A stretch of DNA of 64,000 nucleotides from a virus, in the IMG/VR virus record IMGVR_UViG_3300027782_000040; one strand, written 5' to 3'. Position numbers and translations under genes: made by a program. This document shows, in pieces, positions 27,035 through 37,000 of the stretch (positions within the stretch are counted from its first letter, which is position 1; each line of letters opens with the position of its first letter). The notes under the pieces were generated by a model. The model did not search any database and was not told where the DNA came from. It saw nothing but the letters and a program-made list of their open reading frames with translations.

Positions 27035-28960
27035 ATGGCAGATGTTTTAAAATATACAAAAGGAGCTAAAAGTGCAGAAGCGGCAGCAACGGCATTTAAA
27101 ATTGGTGAAGGACGTATGCCAGATACGAATGAAGCAATCCAAATAGGTAACGCTTTTAATCCATTAAAAGACTCAAATACTGCTCGTTGGTCTGAAAATG
27201 TTTCAAAAAATATAGGGGGTGATAACCTATCCACTTTTGTAAATACAAAAATGGGGTATGTAGGTAAAGCAATGGGATTAGCAAGTGACGCCGTTAAATT
27301 TTTAGCGGACGGAACCAACCAAATTTTTAAATCTCAAATGGGTATACCGGAAGAAAATCCTGCAATGAGTAAAGTTTTGGAGATGGTTAAGGGAGGAGGA
27401 CTTAACCCCTTAGAACTAATGTCAAGTTTTGTTAAAGGGGCATTTACCGAAATATTAGATCAGTTATCCCAAGAATCAGCATTACTTTCAAGTGTAAATA
27501 GAGAAACAGGTATAAGTGGTAAACTATCTGAAGCATTAAGAGATGACATGAAAGAAGCATCTATAGAAGGTGCAAGATTTGGTTTTAAATTAAAAGATAT
27601 TGGAGATTTTTATATAAAGTTAACGTCAGAATCTGGTAAATTTTCCTTAATAAATAAATCATTAACAGATGATACGATTAAAGTCGCGGGTGCATTAGGT
27701 AGAACATTACCTGAAATGGCTGTGAGTATTGGTGAATTTGAAAAAGTAGGTTTAGGTGCGGATAAAACAATTAAGACGTTAGGAGATTCGGCAACAAAAT
27801 TAACATCATTAGGTTTAAGTGCTAGAAAGGTAACAACTGATTTACAATCAAATTTAGGTAAACTTAATGAGTATGGATTTAAAAATGGTGTTCAGGGTCT
27901 TGAGACTATGGCGAAGAAGGCTAGTGAGTTTAGAATGGAAATGCAATCTACATTTACAATTGCAGATAAAGTATTTAATCCTGAAGGTGCAATAGATTTG
28001 GTTGCTAATTTACAAGTTTTAGGTGGTGCAATTGGTGATTTTAATGACCCACTTAAATTGATGTATGATGCAACAAACAACGTAGAAGGACTACAAGACG
28101 CATTAATAAAGGCATCAGGTTCGTTAGCAACATATAACCAACAACAAGGTAGATTTGAAGTTACCGGTATTAATTTAAGGAAGGCCAAGGAAATGGCAAG
28201 TGCATTAGGAATCACAATGGGTGAATTGAATAAGATTTCAATTGCAGCAGCTGAAAGGACTCAAGCAACTACAGCATTAATGGCAACTGGTTTAGTGATG
28301 AAAGACGAAGATAGAGAGTTTTTAACAAACTTATCTCGTATGGATGGTGGTGAAATGAAAATCACAGTACCAGCGTCCTTAATGAAAGAATTAGGATTAA
28401 AAGAACAATCGTTAGCATTAAAAGATTTGTTACCTAATCAACAAAAAATATTATTAGCTAATAAAGAAGCGTTTGAGAAAATGAACCCTAAAGATATGGC
28501 GATGGCTCAACTTACCGAAACACAACAAATGTCAAGAGGTATTGATGTGATTGCTTCATATTATAAAGTAAGGGGTGCTGAAATGGCTAGAGGGATTGCT
28601 AAAGGTACTGGAGGAAAAGAATTTGAAGAACTTAGAGCTACAATTGATAACTATTCTGCAAGTTTATCATCGGCCCAAAAATCAACAATAGAAAAAGATG
28701 CCGAAAAGTTCGGTGATAAAGCTAGAAATGTAATAAGCAAGGTGGTACACCCTATTGATACCATTAAAAATTATATGAATAGAGCAAGTCAATACCAATC
28801 AGAACCCCCTCCACCAAAAAATTCAGAAGTAACAGTAAAACATCAGTTAATTGGAATGCAGGAGATGACAGTGTTTAATAGAGAAATTATGAAAAACCCA
28901 TCCTCTTTTAATTTATTTGATTTTAAAAATCCAAAGGAATATGGAAACTCTAATGTTTAA
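27035..28960 (+). CDS. Tape measure protein
   Basis: Ala/Gly/Leu-rich helical 641-aa protein immediately after the tail chaperones. Confidence 0.75.
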   Translation: MADVLKYTKGAKSAEAAATAFKIGEGRMPDTNEAIQIGNAFNPLKDSNTARWSENVSKNIGGDNLSTFVNTKMGYVGKAMGLASDAVKFLADGTNQIFKSQMGIPEENPAMSKVLEMVKGGGLNPLELMSSFVKGAFTEILDQLSQESALLSSVNRETGISGKLSEALRDDMKEASIEGARFGFKLKDIGDFYIKLTSESGKFSLINKSLTDDTIKVAGALGRTLPEMAVSIGEFEKVGLGADKTIKTLGDSATKLTSLGLSARKVTTDLQSNLGKLNEYGFKNGVQGLETMAKKASEFRMEMQSTFTIADKVFNPEGAIDLVANLQVLGGAIGDFNDPLKLMYDATNNVEGLQDALIKASGSLATYNQQQGRFEVTGINLRKAKEMASALGITMGELNKISIAAAERTQATTALMATGLVMKDEDREFLTNLSRMDGGEMKITVPASLMKELGLKEQSLALKDLLPNQQKILLANKEAFEKMNPKDMAMAQLTETQQMSRGIDVIASYYKVRGAEMARGIAKGTGGKEFEELRATIDNYSASLSSAQKSTIEKDAEKFGDKARNVISKVVHPIDTIKNYMNRASQYQSEPPPPKNSEVTVKHQLIGMQEMTVFNREIMKNPSSFNLFDFKNPKEYGNSNV

Positions 28961-28997
28961 CAAAATAGTATTAAACCTATTTATAATAAAATAAAAA

Positions 28998-31900
28998 ATG
29001 CCGAGTTATTTAGATTTTAATACAACAAAACAGTTTAGAAACCATATATTAGGTAAGACCTTACAAAAACCTAATGGACCTCAAACGTTTACAAATAGTT
29101 CATATGTTGAACAAAATCTAAGTGATATCCCTAATTTATTACAAGGTCAGGTAGACACTAATAGAATTAGTGATTTAACAATACCAAAGAACTCAAACAT
29201 ATATAAACCTGACGAATATTTTATTGGTGAAGTTATTAATACATTACCTCGTTCAGTTAATTTAAAGTTATACCCAAGTTTTGTTCAAACAGATTTAAGT
29301 TTATTCGGTATTATTAGTAATTCAAATTATGAAACTGAATCTGAATTAGTTAAGTTTTCAACTAGTTTAATTAAAAATGACCCACAAGGACCCGTTTATA
29401 GTAGAATAGCTCAAAATGTAGAAAAAAATACATTGGGTCGTGTAAGAATAATGGACGCCCTTAATGGTAATACAACTACTGCGGTTAACATATTAACAGG
29501 TAGAGAACCATTAATTGAATCAAACTACACAATCACGGTTGATAATACGTTAAGTATACCAGGTCAAGCGATTGATTTTCTAAAAACTGTTTCAGGTATA
29601 CAATTACCCTTTAGTCAAATACCAGGGGATTATTTAAGTAACCCAAGAAACCCGATAAACTATAGACCACAAGCGTCATCACAATTAGGTGCATTATTTC
29701 AAGACATAACAGGTGTATTAGGTTCATTAATAGGGATACAAAGACGACCATTGTTGTCAAGGAAACCATCCGACCTTTTGATTGAACATATGGGAAGTGG
29801 TCAAAAAAACAGGTTATATGACTTATTATCCTATTCAACATATGCACCAAATTATACCACAACCGCAAGATCACAAAACACATCTAAAATTTTTAATTTT
29901 ATTGATAAGGTTGCACAAGGGGTAAAAAACATTTTAGGTGTTGAGGCACCATCAGGTATCGCCTATATTGGAGACGATAGAGGTGAGGATGTAAAATATG
30001 CGATGAATGATTTTAATGATAGACCCGTAAGGAGTAACTATTATTTAACGTTAATGTTTGATAAAGTGTCAGCTGAATTATTTCACACAAATAAAAATAT
30101 TACAGAGGGAGGTTCAATCGGAGGTAAGTTAACTTGGATAAGTAATAAAGGATCCACCACAGATATAAATTTTCAAAACGTTAATGATGATTTATCTGTA
30201 AAATATGAGTTTAGACCTGATTCAATTTTAGGTAAAACACAAGAATTATTAAATTCAATGCCATCAGACGGAGGATCTCGTCGTTCACATGTTGCAAATG
30301 TTATTGACCAAACAAGTAAAGTATTTCAAGATGGGGATACAAGAATATCAAGAGGTTCCGCAGTTAAGTATACGGACAAATTTACAGGTGAAGAAAGTGG
30401 AGTTGAATATGCTAGAGTTTGGACGAAAGATAGACCATATATGACAAATTATGATACGATGCCGTTGGCAACAAATCAAAAAGATATTAACACAAAAAAA
30501 TACAAACAAACAGGAAGAAAATATAGAAGAGGTAATGTTAGAAGGTTTGAATCAAGTGTATTAAATGACACTTGGAATTTAAACATGGCACCAATGTCTA
30601 ATGGTAAAAAATCATTTGACGGATCAACAAATATTGTAGAGAAAAATGTAGGTTTAGGTGATTTTTATGCAAAGAAATATATGTTCTCAATTGAGAACTT
30701 AGCATGGAAAACATCTAACTTATCTGGATTCCAAGTAAGTGATTTACCTGCATGTGAAAAAGGAAATAATGGAGGTAGAGTTATGTGGTTTCCACCATAC
30801 GACTTAAAGATGAGCGAACAAAATAATGCAAATTGGGAAAAGAACTCATTTGTCGGAAGACCGGAACCAATTTATACATATCAAAATACTGAAAGAACTG
30901 GTCAAGTTTCATTTAAAGTTGTCGTTGACCATCCGAGTATTATGAATTTGTTAGTTAGAGAACATTTCAAAGGAATGTCAGATGAAGAATCCGATAACTA
31001 TATAAATGCATTTTTTGCTGGCGCACAAGACATTGATTTTTATTCATTAATACAAACATATACTACTTTAGATCAAAACGATAGAGATTTAATTCAACAA
31101 TACCTAAATGCTGGTGTTAAAAAAGAAACAATTGAAACAATTAAATATACTACCGAACAATTACCTAATGATGCTAATACTGATGTAAATAAAAATGAAC
31201 CTGTTAATTATGACACAAATAACATATTCTACTTTAAAAATGCTGAACCACCTGTAAATGGAAAAGTATTAACACAATCTCCCGATTATTATAGTAATTA
31301 TTATACACAATATATTGGAAGTCAATCGACATACATTACCAATTTAACATCCGCGATGAATAGTGCATTGTCTAATGCTGATAAAATTTTATTAATCGGT
31401 GACACAGGATCAACATCAAACCCAAGTGTTATCTCAGGACAAACTAATCAAATAATAACTGCATTTAGTGGGTTAACTACAAATTTTGAGGCATTAAATA
31501 AACAAATACTTGATTTAAAAACGGCATTATCTGGAAAAACAATTATTTCAGACACAAAAATAACAATATATACATCAACATCGGAAGCGGGAGATAACGA
31601 TAAGAATTTCTACTTAGGAATAAGAAGGGCGCATTCATTATTCCAACACATTTGGAATGAATTAGGAACATTCAAATATACGTGGTTTACCGAAAAGGAA
31701 TTAGCAACGTATGCCAAAAGTGGTTTACCTTTAAATACAAAAACAATCACTATAAAATATAAAGATATAGGATATGAATTAGATGGTAATATTATATTTG
31801 ATATAGGAACAATAGGTGAAAATAGTACATCACTAAATGGAACTAGTGTTGATTGTACAAAAGTATTTACTAATACCAATTTAAAAATATATTCCCCAAC

Positions 31901-33713
31901 GGCGTTTTACTGTAGACAGGGGTATGTTAAAATAAAATACGAAAAATCGTATGGTGAAAAAACACCACAAAAGATAAATAACCCAATTAGAAAACCGGTG
32001 GTTTTAAAGGATACTGTTGATATTACAATAAAGAAACCATCCATTGATGTAATGAAAAGAATCATTATGAAAACATTATCAGAATGTTTTTATTTTAAGA
32101 AATTAGAAGAAGATTCACCAGTGGCATTTAAATCTTTAACAGAAAAATTAAAATATTTTCATCCGGCTTTTCACTCTACAACGCCAGAAGGATTAAATGG
32201 TAGATTAACATTCTTATTACAATGTTTAAGACCTGGAGATACCATACCAATTAAAGGTCTTTCAGATAACACAGATATTGGGGCAAGAAATACAACTTTC
32301 GGACCACCACCAATTTGTGTATTAAGAATTGGTGATTTTTATCATTCAAAAATTATTATTAAAGATGTTAATATAACATACGAAGAAGGGGTTTGGGATT
32401 TTAATCCTGAGGGCATAGGTGTACAACCTATGATTGCCAACGTTCAATTACAAATAACATTTATTGGTGGACAAGGATTAGATAGACCTGTTGAAAAATT
32501 ACAAAATGCGTTATCATCAAATTTCTTTGCAAATACGGAAATGTATGATGAGAGGTCAATACCAACAGACGGTAGGATTGGTTATGAGAATAAAGAAAAA
32601 TTCACAAAAGAATTTTTACAGACATTAAATAATTTTGATATTGCAAAAACCGCATCAGTTCCTACAGATACAAATAAACCAACACAAGGTGAATTTATTG
32701 GAACGGGTATCGGTACTAAATTAGTATATACAACTATTGTTGATGATTTTTACACCAAATCTGTAAATTATACTAATATATATAAATCAGCATACGAACA
32801 AATTTATAAATCATATGGACCTAAAGTAAGTGGTTTATTTTTCTCACCAAATTATAGAACAATATTTGAAGCAACAATAGCAGGTGGTTATTCACCATTA
32901 CCAATGTTTGGACAATACTCAGGAACAACTGTATTATTAGATTATATGGATAACTTTAAAGAATCTATGTATAATTCCATATCGGCAAATTTAATGATGG
33001 ATTTACTTGGATTTAATTTAGGTGGAGGAGATATACAAGCCCAAGCTGAAAGTATAATAACACCTATTATTATAAAAATAGTAAATGATAAAATTGATGA
33101 ATTTAGTAATCTAACTCCGATAAAAGATTTAGAAAAGTCTAGAAATGAAATGGTCGGTTTAATCGACAAGTTAAATTATGTTGTTTCAGTTTCTGGAGAT
33201 ACAAAAATTTCAGGAACGACATTAATTAAATTAACATTTCCGACTGGTTTTAATACAATTGATTTCACATTAAATTATGATAATGTAATTGAATATTTAA
33301 GAACATTTAATAATAATAGAGATAATCTTTATGATTCGGGTTTTGACTTTAATACTTTGACAACAATAAATGTGGACGATTTAAAAGATATTTTAAAATT
33401 ATTTTTAGTTAATAGTAAATCAGAAATTATTAGACCATTAATTGATTCATTTAATGAAGACGACATGATGATAGGAATTATAGAAACTTTTTATGGTATT
33501 TTTGATACATTTGTTAGTCCTGACCCATTAATACTCATAAATTCTATAATTACATTAGAAACCGCACCACTAAAAAGAAACAGTAATTCAATTGAATATG
33601 AAACATCAGTAGATAGTCCATATACAATTGAAATAGAAGACCCTAATGATGATATATTCAAAATATTCTCACCAAAAAATAACCTTGGAGCAACTTTAAA
33701 TTTTTATAGATAA
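28998..33713 (+). CDS. Large baseplate/tube-initiator-like protein with an inserted OmpA-like segment
   Basis: FPPYDL..SE...ANW....VGRPEPIYTY.NTER and PPICVLRIGD...VNITY...W are halves of a tube-like domain; N..LG.RRA motif lies between them. Confidence 0.6.
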   Translation: MPSYLDFNTTKQFRNHILGKTLQKPNGPQTFTNSSYVEQNLSDIPNLLQGQVDTNRISDLTIPKNSNIYKPDEYFIGEVINTLPRSVNLKLYPSFVQTDLSLFGIISNSNYETESELVKFSTSLIKNDPQGPVYSRIAQNVEKNTLGRVRIMDALNGNTTTAVNILTGREPLIESNYTITVDNTLSIPGQAIDFLKTVSGIQLPFSQIPGDYLSNPRNPINYRPQASSQLGALFQDITGVLGSLIGIQRRPLLSRKPSDLLIEHMGSGQKNRLYDLLSYSTYAPNYTTTARSQNTSKIFNFIDKVAQGVKNILGVEAPSGIAYIGDDRGEDVKYAMNDFNDRPVRSNYYLTLMFDKVSAELFHTNKNITEGGSIGGKLTWISNKGSTTDINFQNVNDDLSVKYEFRPDSILGKTQELLNSMPSDGGSRRSHVANVIDQTSKVFQDGDTRISRGSAVKYTDKFTGEESGVEYARVWTKDRPYMTNYDTMPLATNQKDINTKKYKQTGRKYRRGNVRRFESSVLNDTWNLNMAPMSNGKKSFDGSTNIVEKNVGLGDFYAKKYMFSIENLAWKTSNLSGFQVSDLPACEKGNNGGRVMWFPPYDLKMSEQNNANWEKNSFVGRPEPIYTYQNTERTGQVSFKVVVDHPSIMNLLVREHFKGMSDEESDNYINAFFAGAQDIDFYSLIQTYTTLDQNDRDLIQQYLNAGVKKETIETIKYTTEQLPNDANTDVNKNEPVNYDTNNIFYFKNAEPPVNGKVLTQSPDYYSNYYTQYIGSQSTYITNLTSAMNSALSNADKILLIGDTGSTSNPSVISGQTNQIITAFSGLTTNFEALNKQILDLKTALSGKTIISDTKITIYTSTSEAGDNDKNFYLGIRRAHSLFQHIWNELGTFKYTWFTEKELATYAKSGLPLNTKTITIKYKDIGYELDGNIIFDIGTIGENSTSLNGTSVDCTKVFTNTNLKIYSPTAFYCRQGYVKIKYEKSYGEKTPQKINNPIRKPVVLKDTVDITIKKPSIDVMKRIIMKTLSECFYFKKLEEDSPVAFKSLTEKLKYFHPAFHSTTPEGLNGRLTFLLQCLRPGDTIPIKGLSDNTDIGARNTTFGPPPICVLRIGDFYHSKIIIKDVNITYEEGVWDFNPEGIGVQPMIANVQLQITFIGGQGLDRPVEKLQNALSSNFFANTEMYDERSIPTDGRIGYENKEKFTKEFLQTLNNFDIAKTASVPTDTNKPTQGEFIGTGIGTKLVYTTIVDDFYTKSVNYTNIYKSAYEQIYKSYGPKVSGLFFSPNYRTIFEATIAGGYSPLPMFGQYSGTTVLLDYMDNFKESMYNSISANLMMDLLGFNLGGGDIQAQAESIITPIIIKIVNDKIDEFSNLTPIKDLEKSRNEMVGLIDKLNYVVSVSGDTKISGTTLIKLTFPTGFNTIDFTLNYDNVIEYLRTFNNNRDNLYDSGFDFNTLTTINVDDLKDILKLFLVNSKSEIIRPLIDSFNEDDMMIGIIETFYGIFDTFVSPDPLILINSIITLETAPLKRNSNSIEYETSVDSPYTIEIEDPNDDIFKIFSPKNNLGATLNFYR

Positions 33714-34039
33714 TGAGTAGAAACTATTACAATAGATACCAAGATTATATTACTGATGGAAAATTTAGAATTGTTCCAGGAATTGAGATACCAATCAAAC
33801 CAACAGACAAATATTTACAATATAAAAAAGGAAAACACAGAATGGACATTTTATCACAAGAATATTATGGTTCACCTATGTTTGGATGGTTAATATTGTT
33901 AGCCAACCCATCGGTTGGTAGTATTGAATTTGAAATACCTGATAATTCTTATATAAGGGTACCATTTCCTTTATTAACCTCTTTACAAGATTATAAAAAC
34001 GGTGTAGAATTGTATAACTTATATTATGGCGAACAATAA
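33713..34039 (+). CDS. Baseplate wedge LysM-like protein (gp53/tail X-like)
   Basis: RMDILSQEYYGSP..GWLILLANP...IRVP. Confidence 0.8.
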   Translation: MSRNYYNRYQDYITDGKFRIVPGIEIPIKPTDKYLQYKKGKHRMDILSQEYYGSPMFGWLILLANPSVGSIEFEIPDNSYIRVPFPLLTSLQDYKNGVELYNLYYGEQ

Positions 34040-37000
34040 TTTAAATGGTAGTGAAAATATATTAGTTAAAGTTGATGAAAATAATTTAATATATATTGAC
34101 CCAAACAGTATAGTTAACGGAGATACCGTTGAACCTAGAGGTGTGAGTCCAGAAAATTACGTCATGTATGTTAATTTAGAGGCGGACTTAGTCCCAAGAT
34201 CTATTTTAACCGCACCAGGAGATCAAAAATTAAGTGGAAAATTACAATCAATTGCAAAGGGAACATTAAATTTTCTAAAAAATCAAAATGGACAAGATTA
34301 TGATACATCTTGGACTGAAGCATTTTCACAGGTTAAACAAGATAAAGATAGTGAAGGAAAAGAATTTAATTATCAAAACGATTCGTCAGGACAATCTTTT
34401 GGTATTGATAGTATTAACATTTCAATTAAGGGCGCAAACTTTATTCCACAAATTACAATAAATTTTATTGACGTTAGAGGTAAAACATTATTTGAATCAC
34501 CTCAAAATTCACCATATAAGGCATTTTTTCATTTACCATGGCCAATATTTTATTTAACAATAAAAGGTTATTACGGTAAGGCTATAAGATATCGTTTACA
34601 TATGACTAAGTTTACGTCTAAGTACAATGAATCAAATGGTAATTTTGATATAACTACAACATTTGTTGGATCAACATATGCTTATTTGAACGATATACCA
34701 TTAACAGGTATATTAAATGCACCATATATGTTTTACATTGAAAGTGATAGTAGATTAACTTTCAATCCACAAACAGGAACATACGAAAAGAGAATAAAAA
34801 AGTCATCAAAAGGATATTCAACACTTAAAACAGTATATGATGAATATAAAACTAAAGGTTTAATACCTAAAGATTTTCCAGTTAAAACACTTAGGGAAGT
34901 TATTACAATTGCTAAAAGTTTAGATAAAATTTTAGAAAGAACTATTTTTGACAAAGTTGTAGATTTTAAATTATTTAATGGAGTTAAAGAGTTTGAGAAA
35001 ATAATTATTGAATTTGAAACCTCAATAAATAATTGGTCAGATACAAATTTAACAAATCAAATTATAACTTTTACCGATAATCCAAAAGTGGATTACTTTA
35101 TACAAAAAGGAAACGAAAAGGAAAGAGGTTCTTTAATTAAAATAACTGGAGCAACAACAAATGAAAGTGGGTCATTAAAAATGTTAATAGCAAATTATAA
35201 AAAGGCATTAAACGACACTAAAATATCTTCATCTGACTTAATTAAAGATAAAGAAATTGATGCTAATTTTAAAAATGTGAAGATTGATATTAGAGAAATT
35301 GACCAATATTACAAACAAAGTGTATCTCAATATGTTGTTGCTAAAGAACTAATAATAGATGATATAAAAAAAATTCAAACATCCTTTGTTCAAGAAAGAG
35401 ACAAGTTACAAAAAAGTGTGGAAGAAAAAATGAATACCATCATAAAAAATAAAACTACAGGTATTGGATTTGACCCAACAATTAGAAATATTTTTGCAAT
35501 AATATTAGCAAACGCAGATGTATACATTAGATTATTGAAAGATGTTCATAAATCGGCTTTTGACGCTTCAGAAAAAAGAAAAAAATATTTTGCTGGTTTG
35601 ATAGATGAGGCACCTGGTGGTAACGACTACCAAATATATCCATGGCCAGAAGTTAAAAAACTAACGGGGACAGATAAAAGAAAAGTAATAGCTTATCCTG
35701 GAGATTCTGATTTATTAAAAAAACTAAAATCAGATGACAAAAATCTATGGCCCGAAGTTGATTTTGTGGAAAATTTTGTTGGGGTATCAACTAAAAGAAT
35801 TGATACATTGGCGGAAAAAGAAGGAGGAGTTGGAAATGTAAATTTTATTTTTGAATCAAATGATAAAAATGATAAGTACTTACCAACATCAAATTTATTA
35901 AGTTTGTCAGTTGGATCACCATATAGTAATAAATCACCGGCTAATATTTTTTATGAAATATATGAAAGAGCAAAAATGACAACATTGTTAGATAAGTTTG
36001 GTGATAATAACACGCTACATGAATTGGCGAATATTGAATTTGATAATATAAAATATTCATTTAATGAAGACTATGATTTAGTCAATTTAATTAAAGGATT
36101 ATCAACAGTAGATATATTAAAAAATAATCTTTCACTATATTCACCTGTTGAGCGTTACCCATATTATAAAGACCAATTACCAACCGTATCGTATATTAAA
36201 GATTTATTAGAAAATTCATTTGAAATAAAACAATCTTATGGTGATGAATTTAAAACAGATAAATCAAGTTCATTTGGTAGATTAAGTGCCGTATTAGAGA
36301 ATTATAAAGTTGAAGATTATAGAAAAAACATTTATCCATTTAATTCTACCGAGTATTTAACTTATTTAAATAAAACATCTTTTGAAAGCAGTTTGGAGTT
36401 CACAAAATTATTTCAGATTAATACAAAATCAGGATTTATTCGTACACCGATTGAACCCAAATCTTGGGTTAAAAGTGATTATACTACAAATTTATTTAGT
36501 CAAAAATTAGAAATAGGTGATTCAAAAATTAACATACTTAATACTCCATATTTTCATAAACAATTATTTAACGATAACTTCACAAAATCAGCTGGAAAAT
36601 ATGTCGGTTCGGCATATTTGTTATTAAACTCATTACCATTTAAAGATTTAGAAGATACATTAACATTTAGTGTCCCAAGTAGTTCGGTTAATATGGCATC
36701 TATGTTTAAAGAAGTCGGGTCAACACATTATGTCCCATATCATTTGATGTTGAAATGGGGGTCTATTTACCATAGATATAAAAAATATATTATAGATGGT
36801 ATTGATATATTAACTGGATTTACAACATCAAACGTTAGTACCACCACAACATCAATTAATGGTTCGTTGTTTTTTAGCGGTTCAACATATACGGGGACAA
36901 CGTATAACACCTTTACTATAAGTGGCACAAATATTAACTACTCAACTGAAATTGGAATTCATCCGTATTATGAAAATATATTTCATGAGGTTATTAATGA

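Noticed and set aside
26203-27318. Minus-strand ORFs of 187 and 112 aa
   Set aside because: Antisense shadows of the chaperone and tape measure genes
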